Assembly (NCBI RefSeq): GCF_004010195.1
Contig: NC_057718.1
Coordinates: 15,245,407-15,309,406 of the forward strand
Direction: 5' to 3'
Length of the DNA: 64,000 nucleotides
From: Chiloscyllium plagiosum
Lineage: Eukaryota
Numbering within the stretch: position 1 is the first letter of the stretch; each line of letters starts with the position of its first letter. Shown piece by piece: positions 25,531-38,860 of this stretch. The notes under the pieces are model-generated. The model was given only the letters and a program-made list of their open reading frames with translations, did no database searches and was not told the DNA's origin. A program made the translations under genes and the position numbers.

Positions 25531-28102
25531 TCTCCCTATTGGCAACTCTGCTGGAGCTATTCCTATAGTTGTATGAGGGGTGGTCCAATAATCAAACAGG
25601 AACTAGGACAGTATCTTGTGAACCAGTATGTTATTTCTTTAAGCCTTCAAACTTTGGCTTGGATTGCTCTCTGCCAGGCCAGTAGATGCATGGATTGTTT
25701 AGAACTGTCTTTACATGCTGAATGTATCCAACTTTAGGAAATATTCGAACTCCCTACTGGTAAATGGCCTGTAACCAACACTTCCAGAAGTCTGTGTATT
25801 GCAAAAGATGCTCACAACTTTTCATTGCTGTCCCTGTGTCTGATGAATGAACTCTATGCATATCTAAACACTTTGCTCTCAGTCAGTCATTGTTGATGCC
25901 CACTCATTGAGCCCATGAAAAGGACTGGCATAGTTGACCTGTAATTAAGTCTAGGATTTACTCGGTCATTCCAAAGAATGTGGGAGAGCTGCTGGCAGTA
26001 ACTTTTTATCTCCTTGTTGTCATTCTGGGCACTGCCCCACCAATGCAGCTATGTCAGCCAATCCTGGCCACCAGACAACTCCTTACCAATGTCTTCCAGG
26101 GATTTCCAAAATGATGACCCTGGTGGAGTTCAGCCAATATTGTGGTGGTGACCTTTGCTTAGGACAAATCACTATTGCATCCCATAATGGCATGCCTTCC
26201 TCTATGGTGATCAGGTCACACCGGGTCCGGAAAGGTTTCGATTCTGGTTTTGCTGGCCCCCATCACTGCCAGCTGTTTCAGTTTTGTTGTTAGGATGAGT
26301 CAATGGCCACAGTCTGATATTAGACCAGAAGGGTATCCAGAAAGTTTAAAACCACAATGAACTTGTCTAGTGACAGCACCAACGGCTGTGTTTCTGACTC
26401 ATGGGAAGTTCAAGGCATCCACATTTGCCATTTAGCCTCCTAGACAGTGCTCCAACTTCTAACAATGCGCACCCACCACCAAATGCAGGCAACCCTGTCC
26501 TCTTGAAAGTAGCCCAAAAAAAAAAAAAAGAGAGGTCGGTGGTTGATTACTGTTACAATTTACATATCTAAAAAGATATTGGTGGAACTTTGCCCATACT
26601 GCCAAACCTTCCTTCTGAGTATGCCATTGTTCAGCATCAGCTAAAGTCCAGGAAACATACGTAATTGATTGTTCCTGCCAGCTGGGCCACCAGTGAACCA
26701 ATACCACCCCAGTACTGATGTGGTGCTGACAAGTGATGCCTCCCCATCTTGCTTGGGATCATGGGTCAACACCTTACATGCTTCTTCACTTCCCTAAAGG
26801 CTACTTCCAGGCTACAAAATCATTTCCAAGGCTGACCCTTTTTCATTAGCAGATGCAAGGGTGCCAGGATATATGAATATTCCATATTTCACCAATCCAA
26901 GGAAAGACCTAAAGTTCTCATGTAGACATGGGAGCTGGGGCACCTTCGAGTGCCCTCACATTATCTTCCAACAAGTATAACTTGGTCTTGACAATGCTGT
27001 ATCCAAGGAATGTCATTTAGGGTGCCTGGAACACACGTTTTTCCCTCCTAAAGGTGTGCATCTATCTGGAAGAAATGTCAAAGACTATACCCAACTTCTC
27101 CAAGTGCTCTTTTTTGGTTTTCTGTTATTAACACATTATTCAGATAAATGGCAATGTGAGGTATAGCTTGTAAAATGTTCGCCATCGGCCCCTGGAAAAT
27201 GGCACAGGCTGACTACACCCTAAATGCAATCTCATGTCAGTACAAACTCTTATGGGTATTGATTGTAGCACAATTCTGGAAATTCTTATCTAATCGTAAT
27301 GGCAGGTACACATGTCCAAACTTAGTGAAGTATAGCCCCTCACTTGTTTCATGAACAAGTCCTAGAGGAAAGGGATTGGGTATTTATCCAGCTGCAAAAA
27401 ATTTACCATTTGTTTGAAATCTCCACAAAGATGAACCAACTTGTCGGGTTTCAAAGTCTCAAAAACCGGTGCTGCCCAATGCACAAAAAGTGTACTTGAC
27501 GATTCCTTCACTTTCCAGCTTCCTGATTTCTGCCCGGACTTTTGACTGTAAGGCAATTGGACTAGGCAGGCCTTGCAGAATCTTGGAATTGCTTCTTGGT
27601 CAACATGTAAGCTGGCCTTGGTTCCTTTGATAATTCCTTCCTGAAAAACTTCTGGGTAATTCGGTAGGACTTCACTTAGGCAGCCATTTTCAAATAGCAA
27701 AACGTTGAGCCAATCAAGTTGAAACTTCAACTAATTTCGTCCTATCAAATTTAGGCCCAAGTCTTTTACTCCAAGCAGTGGTAACTGAACCAGTCGCTTC
27801 TCATGAGAAGAGAACCAAATTGTACTCTTAATCTGTCAAGTTTCCCTGGTGAAGGCACTGAGCCTGGACAAGGTCTAACATAAAATTATCAAAATTCACT
27901 CTGGACTCCAGCCATTAAAGACTAGATCTGTGATCACTGAAACGGTGTGCTGGTTTCCATTAGAATTGGAAGACCACTCAACCAGGCATTTGTTCCGATT
28001 GGTTTTGATTTGGATGTTTCTAAGCAATTTAAACAGTTCAAAGAAAAACAGATGTAGGTGGACTTTCCAGGCAGTGGACTGTCCTGCACGCAGGCGAAAT
28101 GG

Positions 28103-28610
28103 AGGACTGCAGATCAGAGTGGGGCTGGAAAAGCACAGCGGGTCAGGCAACATCAGGAATAGGAAAATTGACTATTCGGACAATAGGTCCTTCTCGCAGA
28201 GTGCTTTAGGGAACACCTCTGGGACACCCGCACCAATCAACCCCACCGCCCCATGGCCCAACATTTCAACTTCCCCTCCCACTCTGCTGAGGACATGCAG
28301 GTCCTGGGCCTCTTCCACTTCCACTCCCTCACCACCCAACGCCTGGAGGAAGAACGCCTCATCTTCTACCTCGGAACCCTTCGACCCCAGGGCATCAATG
28401 TGGACTTCACCAGTTTACTCATTTCCCACCCACCACCGCCTTACCCCGGTTCCAACCTGCCAGCTCAGCAACATCTTCATGACCTGTCCCATCTGTCAAT
28501 CTTCCTTCCCACCTATCTGCTCCACCCTCCCCTCAGACCTATTACCTTCATCCCCACTTCCATCCACCTTTTGTACTCTTGGCTAACTTCGCCCCAGCCC
28601 AATAAAACAG
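28103..28610 (+). mobile_element. Penelope-like (Neptune-type) fragment: inverted terminal arm plus GIY-YIG C-terminus and 3' region
   Basis: AQHFNFPSHSAEDMQVLGL...RLEEERLIFYLGTLRPQGINVDF is typical of PLE endonuclease C-termini. Confidence 0.85.
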
Positions 28611-29646
28611 ATCACATCTAGGAATTAGGAGGTGGCTTAGGAGCATTTTCCTTAGCTAAACCTGTCAACTCTGGAGGAGTTTTAGTATCTGGTACCTCAA
28701 GCAAAGTTAGGCTTCTAATAAGAGAAAAGGCGGTGGGTCCATAAGTGGTCTGGAGAATTACTCGTTGCTTTTCATCTGCTCCAATGTCACTTGCCCAGAA
28801 AAAAAAAAATGCATTCTTTCCACATACAGGGTCCAGTCTTTGATGGCAGGATTGAACAAGGCAAGTTATCCAAATAGTGGCATGACACCAGAAATGCTTA
28901 CACCCAACTCAAAGGTGACTGCTGTAAACAAATCTCTTCAGAGTCATGTTTTTCTCTCGTTGCCACTGAAATGCCTCCATGAAGGCTGGTATCCCATCAC
29001 CAAGTCACCTTTTATTTACTGGTTCATAGTGCATGACACTGACCCAGCCAGCCAGCTCAGAGCTGGCTTCTAGAACCTGCTATTTTATTAAATAGTACAA
29101 ATTACAAAGAAACCGTTAACCTGAACAGTCATATACAAGAAACAGCAATTTACATGGGAAAGGGGCTGCAAAACCAGACCCCCAAACCCCATTAACCAGT
29201 TTTCAGGGAAATGAGGACAAACCTCAAAGTCCCACTCAGACTTCCTGATTGGACCAGGTACTGTGCAGAGAAGTTATACTCAGACCTCAACTCAGTTTTT
29301 GATAAGCAGATTTTTTCTTCAGTTTTTGGCAGCCTGCAGATATTATTTTACAATATCTTTCCAAATCTGTAGGCAACCTCTCTCAATTCAGAGGACTGAA
29401 ACTTTCCAAGAATTTCCAACAACATGAAGACTTATTGTATAATCTCTCACAGCTTGGAACATTAAATAATTAGAAAACACTTCAAAAATGATAAAATAAC
29501 TATACTTTTGTTTCTTCTGAAAGATTCTAAATGAATGGCTTTGTACAGTGTACTCTACCAGTCAAACTCAACAGTGTAAACACTAACTCCTCCAGTGGAG
29601 TTTCTTCTGAGCAACCATACCTTCACCCACCATATTAAAGAGCTCG

Positions 29647-29953
29647 AATTCCTTCCCTTAATTGCTCTGCCTCCCCTTAAAAGACTCTTAATAACAGATT
29701 GAGCACACTTTGGTATCTTGCAAATTCTCCTCCTTTGGCCTGTTAGGGACTGGACCAAACCCCCTCAAAAATGTGTCATGGGATAGCCTGTCCCCTAATA
29801 ATTCCTTCCCTTAATTGCTCTGCCTCCCCTTAAAAGACTCTTAATAACATACTGAGCACACTTTGGTATCTTGCACAAATTCTCCTCCTTTGGCCTGTTA
29901 GGGACTGGACCAAACCCCCTCAAAAATGTGTCATGGGATAGCCTGTCCCCTAA
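29647..29953. repeat. ~153-bp tandem duplication spanning the end of a minus-strand LTR-like element
   Basis: aattccttccc...gcctgtcccctaa at 29647-29799 and 29800-29953, nearly identical. Confidence 0.9.
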
Positions 29954-30074
29954 CTAATTTTAAAAGGCAGTGTTCCAGATGTGATTTGATTAGCCAAACT
30001 ACTCAGCTTGAAGCAAAACACACTTTATTCTTATACCAGTTAAAAAACAATTTTAATAACGTTTGCCTTTTTTT

Positions 30075-30728
30075 TGTAATGAAGGTGTACTGTACCTTTA
30101 AGAGAGAGGAGGCTGGCAAGGACTAAAAGCAAAGTATGCTGAACAATTTAACGATGTAATATTTGGTTGACACACAATTGATGCTGTGTCGCCATGGTAC
30201 AAAAACAAATTCAAATTCGGCCAATTTAAATTATGCCACAGAGACCAAAATCCAATCAAATTTGAATTTTACTGTTTGGAATGACATCAAACCAATTCAA
30301 TTTTGGGATATAAAACCAGGCATTTTGAACAGTTAGGGGGAGAACAACAAAGAGTACCCATAAGTAAAGACTACCAGCAGAATAGCTCTCTGAAGGTACC
30401 TGTCCATAAGAAATAAATGCAGCAATAGACTGAAGCTGACCTACAGAGAAAGTTCGACAAACCGGTTTGAAATTGACTTGCCGTAAATTTAACAGGGAAT
30501 TTATTGGACCAGTGTTGTAGAGTGGGAGATAAAAGATAGGTTTAAGAGAAGGAAGTTGTAAATAGTGTTCTGTGTTAGACTTAAATGAATAAAAACTGTT
30601 AATTTTTACTTTAAGTGGTGAAATCTAGGATAGTTCTTTGCTTCTAAGTTTAACAGATTATGGCACATGGTGAGCTTCTGTAAGTGTCAGGTTTCGAGTA
30701 TCAGAGGAGTTTACCCAGTCTTGTAACA
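30075..30728 (+). mobile_element. Probable solo LTR nested in another LTR-like element (~29896-30900, minus)
   Basis: TGTAA...TAACA termini, TATAAAA near 30308, AATAAA near 30588. The left flank resembles the reverse complement of 41470-41632. Confidence 0.6.
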
Positions 30729-30899
30729 AAATACTTAAAATTAATACACTTAACTACTATTCATCAACTGTCCCAATATAACAGCAAATACACTCTTGGC
30801 AAAGGCAAATTCAGTAAAACAGATCTTCTCACATAACATCTCCAGTCCAGGAGAAAAGGAACAAAAAAAAACTAAATCACACAATCTTCAAGAAAGGGA

Positions 30900-32165
30900 A
30901 ATCATGCCTGACTAATTCATTCAAGATGTTCAAGGAAATCTCAACCAGGGTGGATAGAGGAGAAACAGTAGATGTATTGTACTTGGACTTTCAGAAGGCA
31001 TTCAACAAGGTACCTCACAAAAACCTAGGAGCCTATGGTGGTGGAGGTAGTATATTGGCACAGATAAGGAATTAGTTCATGGGTAGGAAAATAGCAAGTG
31101 GGGATAAGAGGTTCTTTTTCATGTTGATGACCGGTGACAAGTGGGGTTCCACAGGGATCAGTGCTGGGATCACAACTGTTTACAATGTATAGTAATGACT
31201 TGGAGGAAGGAAGTGAATGTGCTTTAGCACAATTTGCAAACAACACTAAAATAGTGGCAAGGGAAATGTGCTCGAGGGAGTTGAGAGAGGTATCGATAGG
31301 TTAACTAACTGAGGAAAAAGAGATTGGCAAATGGAATAAATGGGGGCAAGTGCGAAGTCGTTTGTTTGGGAAGTGAAAACAAAACATTTAAATGGGAAAA
31401 AAAAATCTGTGGAAAGCTATAATGTAAAGGGATATTGGGGCACTTATGCCCAAGACAAGAGCACAGTTGCAGTAGGGAATTGGGAAGGCTGCTAGAATGT
31501 TGGCCTTCATTTCAGGGAGGTTGTATTCTAAGCATCTTCCTACAACTGTATAATGTTATTTCATTACAGGTAGTTCAGAGAAGGTTGATCCCTGGTATGG
31601 AGGGATTGTCTTATGAGCAAAGATAAATAGGTCTACTGAATGGAGTTTAAAAGAATGAGGGGTGGTCACATTGAAATATACAGGATTCTTAAAAGGCTTG
31701 CCAGGGTAAATGTAGAGGTGTAAATGTGGGTGGCACGGTGGCACAGTGGTTAGCACTGCTGCCTCACAGCACCTGAGACCCGCGTTCAATTCCCACCTCA
31801 GGCAACTGTGTGTGGAGTTTGCACGTTCTCCCCGTGTCTGCGTGGGTTTCCTCCGGGTGCTCCAGTTTCCTCCCACAGTCCAAAGATGTGCAGGTCAGGT
31901 GAATTGGCTATGCTAAATTGCCCGTAGTGTTAGGTGAAGGGTATGGGTGGGTTGCGCTTTGGCGAGTCGGTGTGGACTTGTTGGGCCGAAGGGCCTGTTT
32001 CCACACTGTAATGTGATCTAATCTAAAGCCTCTCGAAGGGAACAATTTAGGACCAGAGGGTATAGTCTCAATAAAAAAGGAGCCAATTTAAGACTGAGAG
32101 GAGGAGAAATTTCTTCTCAGATGGTTGAGTGTCTTTGGAACTGCTTGCCACAGAAAGCTGTGGGG
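30900..32165 (+). mobile_element. Degenerate CR1 LINE RT/3' fragment
   Basis: DVLYLDFQKAF, SGVPQGSVLG and FANNTK-like relics. Confidence 0.8.
31728..32027 (+). mobile_element. HE1-type V-SINE, full length, nested in CR1
   Basis: gggtggcacggtggcacagtggttagc... V-domain ... ctaatctaa tail. Confidence 0.9.
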
Positions 32166-34545
32166 ACAGGTCGCCCTCGTGCTGTCGTGGTGGTGTTCCT
32201 ATTTTTGAGCCAACTCTCAAGAGGTGTGGCTTAACATCTCTAAACAGGTGGATGAGAAAATATCTACAAAGCCAACCTTGGGGATGTTCCTTCCACTTTG
32301 AAAGGCAATGTAACTGGTGGCTGATGTAAAGACAGACAGCAGAGGTCAGCAAGCAGAGTCTTCAAAGCCATATGCGGTTTGCTTTAAAAGGACACATTTG
32401 CATTGATCAGCCTTGACTGATTAAACTTTTCTTTTTGGAAAAAAAAAGTGTTGCAAATTTCAAAACATTACATATCTTAAAAAAAGATTGGTGACGGAAC
32501 GTCAGCAACCTTTCATTTAACGTATATAAAACTCAGTGGATGTGAAACCCTGGGCTTAGGGATTCCTCCACATTTGATAAACTCATTCATTAGCTGTGGG
32601 TGCCTCAGCAAGGTAGCATTTTCTGCCCTTCCCGATATACCCTTGAACTGAAATGGCCTAACAATCCACTCAAAGGCGGTTAAAAGTCAGCCACATTGTT
32701 GCAGACCTGGAGTTACAGATAGATCAGGCCAAATAACAGATTGCCTTCCTTCAAAAAAAAAAAAGGACTTGAATGAACCAGATGGATTTTTACAATAAAT
32801 CATAATTTCATGGCCCCTAGATCATTAGCCTCAGTTTCTAGATTAGTAGTCCAGTGATATTTTTATTACATAACCACGTCTCTAAGAGATGCCACTTGAG
32901 TCACTCTCAGATGAAATTAAGTCATTTGTTTCCTTTAACATTTCACTTGAGAAATTAACAACTTTGTTGTAAAAACCTTGCCAATGTCATTGAAACAGGG
33001 CTATGGATGATCATTGAAATTAATAGATGAGTGTTTATGAGAGCCAGTAAAAATTTGTAGCATAGGAATCTATAAATAAGTCAGTCTCACCTTCCCACTT
33101 CTGTTGGTTTTGGAGTAATGGCATTATGGCTCTTCAAGTATTACATTTAAGTTGGACAAACGTTCTTGTTCTTAAAAGAATGTTGAACCCTGACCAAAGC
33201 GTTTAAAATACTGGAAAAACAGTGTGAATGCAGATATATTGTCCCAAAATAAAGGCCAAAATAGTTTGAATGTAGTGATAAATAACATAGTACTACAAAC
33301 ATTAACTAACTTCTTCAGGACAATAGCCCAAGGGTAAGTGTGCTAGCTGTCATTTGTACAGAGAGGGCATGACAAGCTAAGCAGAATACATAGTGATTAA
33401 CCCAAGACAATAATCAGCAATTAGAACAGACGGCAAGGTCAGAGTTGAGGAATTTTTGTCCTTTACCACTGAAGTAGAGGAGACCAAAGTGTTTATTTAA
33501 AATTCTAAACAGATTATAAACTTCCCCTTCACACACACACACAGAAAAAAAAAATACATGGAGGCAAAAAACTGGAAAAATGGTTCCATAGCAATTCTTT
33601 GCAAGATGCGTTAGGTTGATCTTGCTGATCAGAAGGTTTCACCTTGACCTTCCTTGTTCTGAATGCTTTCACTAATTTGCAACAGCCACGGGGTGGTTGC
33701 TTCACATAAAGGTCTCTGACCTTTCTATTTCAAAGTCACAACTTGCAGCATTTATTGAAGGAAACATAAGCTGGTTTTCTTCAGGGTTCAAGTGGCTTAC
33801 TGCAGAGAATGGAGGGAGTCTTTTCTGGCTGTTGCACACTGTTTCTCTTCTGATCTGCCAAAGCTTCTCTCTAATTATCACAAGTCAAGCCGCTTGGTTA
33901 CCTGACAACCAATCATGCTTGTTGGCAGGCAGAGGACATTTGTCATGGTTTTTTGGACTAGAGACCAGTGATCAATCAGCTTCACTTGCAAACAACCTTC
34001 TTGGCTCCAGTTCATCTGCATATTGCTGAAACCTACAGGCACACAACAGGACTCAATCAGTATTAAATTCCTTTCTTTCAAAACATGCAGCCATTCTTGG
34101 CTTTCAAACAGTTCTCTTATTTCAGTCCAATTTTATAAAAGCATAAAAAAAAATTTTAAAAAAGTCACAATCTTAACAATGGTAACCCAGGAGAATGATG
34201 GTAGTGTGGGAATTCAGTGTTAGTAATGCCATTTAACACCAGGGATAATTGTTATGTTCCCACTTGTTGGATATGGTCATTGCCTATCGTTTGAGGGGCA
34301 CAAATATCACTTACTCAGGAGACAATGACCTAATGGTATTAATCGCTGAACTGTTAATCTAGAGATTCAGGTAATGTTCTGAGGATTCAACTTCCACCAT
34401 TGCAGATGCTGGAATTTGAATTCAATAAAAATATGGAATCAAGAATCTAAAGAGGATTGTGAAACTGTTGTCAATAGTAGGAAAAACCCATCTGATTCAC
34501 AAACAGCTTTTAAAAAAAAAGAGTGAAACTGCCTTCGTTATCCAG

Positions 34546-34750
34546 GCAAAAGTGAGAACTGCAGATGCTGGAGATCAGAATGGTGCTGGAAAAGCACAGC
34601 AGGTCAGGCAGCATCCAAGGAGCAGAAAAAAAAAGTCGACGTTTGGACAAAATGGCATTCCTGATGAATGCCATTTTGCCCAAAACGTCGATTTTCCTGC
34701 TCCTTGGATGCTGCCTGACCTGCTGTGCTTTTCTAGCACCACTGATCTAG
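34546..34750. mobile_element. Fold-back PLE-derived element (family A) with degenerate HHR
   Basis: Inverted arms around aatggcattc/ctgatgaatgccatt. 18-bp TSD actgccttc(g/c)ttatccag at 34528-34545 and 34751-34768. Confidence 0.87.
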
Positions 34751-35614
34751 ACTGCCTTCCTTATCCAGTCTGGCCTACTTGTGACTCCAGACCCACAGTT
34801 ATGTGGTTAACTCTTCTTAACTGCTCTCTGAGCACTGGGAAGGGCTATAAATGCTGACGTTTTCAACTACGCCCTCATCTCACGAATGAATTTTTTTTAA
34901 AAGCCCAAGGCTGGATATTATTCAGGTCTTACTACATTTAGGCATGACCTGTTTCACAATGTGAAGAGCTGCAAATGCTGCTGAACATTGTGGTCATCAG
35001 CAAAATTAGCCACTTCTGACTTATGATAGAGCTTGGCCAAGGACACCATCCTGAAGAATTTATATGGTGAGTGGCAGTGCCCCTACCTCTAAGCCAGAAG
35101 GTCCCTCATGTTGTGAACCTTGTGGAACATCTCTGAACATATTAACAAGAAAATATATGAGCCCTCAAGAACAGAGGTGATTGTTGTGGTTTGGGAAGTC
35201 AATCATCTTTTGCATTGTGTACAACTCCAAAGGACATATTGGAGATTCCCACCACCTCCATCCCAATCCATGCTTAAACTCAGTCAAATGCTCCTTTGGC
35301 ATGAAGAGCTGTTATGCTCATTTCTCCTCTTCAGTTCAGTCCCTCCACCTTGCCTCAAGGTTTTAATGAGGGTATAATGGAAGAGCTGACAATTATAGAT
35401 TGGGGAGGACATAACTGAAAGGGTTGTCAGTGGATAGGCAATGGCTAATAATCAAGGAACACATGAATAAATTATAACATTTATTCATTTCAATCTGGCA
35501 CAACATAGAAGAGGAAAGGAGGTTTAATGGTGGCTTACAAAGTAAATTGTAGAAATACAAAATATCCCAGTCAATATTTTCCCCAATATTGACTAGGAAT
35601 ACAATAGTTCAAGT

Positions 35615-37670
35615 AGTTTAGATGGGTCAGTTTTTGTTCAATGTGTGCAGGAGGGTTTTCTGACACAGTATGTAGACAGGCCAACAAGGGGCAAGCCATA
35701 TCAGATTTGGTACTGGGGAATGAAGCCAGCCAGATGTTAGATTTGGAGGTAGGTGAGCACTTTGGTGGCAATGAGCACAATGTGGTTATATTTATAATAG
35801 CAATGGGCAGGGATAGGTAGAATTGAAATGTGGAGCTTATTCAAGGAACAGGTACTGCGGGTCCTTGATAAGTATGTACCTATCAGGCAAGATGGTAGTT
35901 GCCAAGAGAGCAATCGTTTACTAAAAGCTGTCAAGAGGAAGGCGGCGGCTTATGAGAAGTTGAGGTGTGAAGGCTCAGTTAGGGGGCTTGAGAGTTACGT
36001 TAGCCAGAAAAGATCTAAACAGAGGGCTAAGAAGAGCCAGGAGGGGACATGAGACGTTGTTGGTAGAGAGGATCAAGGAAAACCCTAACACCTTCTATAG
36101 GTATATCAGGAATAAAAGAATGACTAGAGTAACATTAAGGCTAATCAAAGACAGGAGTGGGAAGTTGTGTGGAATCGGAGGACATAGGAGAAGTGCTTAA
36201 TGAATACTTTTCATCAGTATTCACACTGGAAAAGGGCAATGTTAGTGAGAGTACAGAGATACAGGCTACTAGACTAGATGGTATTGCAGTTGACAAAGAG
36301 GAGGTTTTAGCAATTTTGGAAGATCTGAAAATAGACAAGACCCTTGGGCTGGATGGGATTTATCTTCTGATTCTCTGGGAAGTCAGGGGGGGAAAGATTG
36401 CAGAGCCTTTGGCTTTGATCTTTACGTCACCATTGTTAACAGGAGTAGTGCCACAAGACTGAAGGATAGAAAATGTTGTTCCCTTGTTTAAGGAGGGAGT
36501 CAGGACAACACTGATAATTACAGGCCAGCAAGCCTTACTTGGGTTGCTGGTAAGGTGTTGGAAAAAGGTTATAAAAGATAGCGTTTATAATCATCTTGAA
36601 AGGAATAATTTGATTTGGGATAGTCAACACTTTTTTTTAAAAAAAGAATAGGTCGTGCTAAACTAATCTTATTGAGTTCTTTGAGAAGGGTGACAAAACA
36701 GGTGTATGAAGGTAAAGCAGTTGATGTGGTGTTTATGGACTTCAATTAAGGCATTTGTTAAGTTCCACACCTTAGGCTATTGCACAAAATACGGAGCTTT
36801 GGGATTGAAGGCGATTTAGTGGTTTGGATCAGAAATTGGCTAGCTGAAAGACAGACAGTGATGGTTGAAGGGAAATGTTCATCCTGGAGCTCAGTTACCA
36901 GTGGTGTGCTGCAAGGATCTGTTTTGGGGTCATTGCAGTTTGTCATTTTTATAAATGATCTGGATGTGGGCACAGAAGGATGGGTTAGTAACTTTGTGGA
37001 TGACACTAAGGTAGGCAAAGTTGTGACAGTGCCGAAGGATGTTGTGGGTTACAGAGGGACATAGATAAGATGCGTACGGTGTGTTGGCATTTACTGGTAG
37101 GGGGAATTGAGTTTCGGAGCCACAAGGTCACGCTTCAGCTGTACAAGACACTGGTAAGGCCGCACTTGGAGTATTGCGTTCAGTTCTGGTCACCGCATTA
37201 TAGGAAGGATGTGGAAGCTTTGGAAAGGGTTCAGAGGAAATTTACTAGGATATTGCCTGGTATGAAGGGAAGGTCTTATGAGGAAAGGCTGAGGGAACTG
37301 AGGCTGTTTTCGTTGGAGAGAAGAATGTTGAAAGGTCACTTAATTATAAGATAATCAGAGGGTTAGATAGGGCGGACAGCGAGAGCCTTTTTCCTTGGAT
37401 AGTGAAGGCTAGCACGAGGGGACATAGCTTTAAACGGAGGGGTGATAGACATAGGACAGATATCAGGGGTAGTTTCTTTACTGAGAGTAGTAGGGGTGTG
37501 GAACGCACTGCCTGCAACAGTAGTAGACTCACCGACTTTAAGGGCATTTAAATGGTCATTGGACATAATTATGGATAATAATAGAACGGTATAGGTTAGA
37601 TGGGCAGATTAATTTCACAGATTGGCGCAGAGGGCCGAAGGGCCTGTACTGTGCTGTAACGTTCTATGCT
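35615..37670 (+). mobile_element. CR1-clade LINE, long decayed ORF2 fragment with 3' end
   Basis: KENPNTFYRYIRNKR, LNEYFSSVFT, SGVLQGSVLG, FVDDTK, VRPHLEYCVQFWSPHY; tail gttctatg. Confidence 0.92.
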
Positions 37671-37719
37671 GGTCATTCCGAATTGGGAATAGCATTAAAT
37701 CCAACAGGAGACAAAATTA

Positions 37720-38860
37720 CCAGGAAAAGCAGCACACCTGAGGATCAGAAATATTTTGCAAATACATACAAACTGAATGTAAAAATTCCTATAAATATGT
37801 GAAAAGATAAAGATTAGTGAAGACAAAATGCAAGCCCTTATAGTCAGAAAATTGGCAAGTTTTAATTTGGAACAAAGAAATGGCAGAAGAATTGAGCACC
37901 TTCGTTGGGCACAAATAACTTCCCACACATTTTTGGGAAGCAAGGATGGAGTGAAAGGATGGAATTGAAGAAAATCAACATTAGTAACAAAATGATGCTG
38001 GGGAGGTTAATGGGGTTAAAGGCTGACAAAATATCAGGAGGGAAAAAATAGAAAGGAAGAGTTTTATTTTAAAAAAGAGATATATTGGGAAGTGTGGAAT
38101 GTGCTGAAAATGTGTTGCTGGAAAAGCGCAGCAGGTCAGGCAGCATCCAAGGAGCAGGAGAATCGACGTTTCGGGCATGAGCACTTCTTCAGGAATGTGT
38201 GGAATGTGTAAATCCGAATGCCCTAGTACTTCAGTCAATTAAAGTAGACAGGCAGGCGCAACCAGCAGTTGGAAGGGTGAATTGTACATTCCCTTCATTG
38301 CAAGAGGATTTGAATTCAAAAGTTGGGACACCTCACTGCACTGTGCAGGAACTTTGTGAAATTACACCTGGAGTATCGTGTGCAGTTTTGGTCTCCTGAT
38401 CCAAGACAAGGTACACTTGGTAGAGAGAGTGCAACAAATGTTCACTCAATACCAGGGCTTGTGTTCACCAGAGAGTGGAGAATAATGAGAGGGAATTTCA
38501 TTGAAAGATAACAATTCAAACAGAGCAAGACAAACTAGATGCAAGAAATATATTGCCCCTGGTTGAAAAGTCCAGAACCAGGGGGTTAGTGTCTCAGGAT
38601 ATAGGGAGGCCATATAGGACAGAGATAAGGAAACATTTCTTCCCTCAGACAGTGGTTAATCTGAGGAATTCTCTAAAAGACAGGAGTGAAGGTCAGGTCA
38701 AGACAGAGACTTTTTTTTTTAAATTTTAAAGGCTTGAAGGGTCATGGAGAAAAAGCTAGGATGCAATGTTAAGATCAAGGATAAACCATGATCAGCCATG
38801 ATCATATTGAACGGCAGAGCAGGCTCAAAGGGCCAAATAGCCTACTTTTGCTCCTAGTGA
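37720..38860 (+). mobile_element. Heavily deleted CR1 LINE relic
   Basis: HLEYRVQFWSP; 3' UTR agccatgatcatattgaacggcagagcaggctcaaagggccaaatagcctact. Confidence 0.75.
38104..38196 (-). mobile_element. PLE terminal fragment (family A) with near-intact HHR core (38165-38192)
   Basis: Minus strand reads CTGAAGA-A-GTGC-tcat-GCCC-GAAACGTC. 12-bp TSD gtgtggaatgtg at 38092-38103 and 38197-38208. Confidence 0.85.

Larger units (their letters stand above)
24751..29070 (-). mobile_element. Decayed Ty3/Gypsy LTR retrotransposon (gag-pol relics, 3' LTR 24751-25088, partial 5' LTR from 28967)
   Basis: Both LTRs share ctggtatccca.caccaagtcacc.tttattt. PBS-like tggcaacgag next to 28967; PPT agagggggacaga before TGT at 25088. 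gag-like MPLFG...FNPAIKDWTLYVERM near 28883; RT WAAPV...LKPDK.VHLCGDFK...DKYPIP at 27362-27730. Confidence 0.85.
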
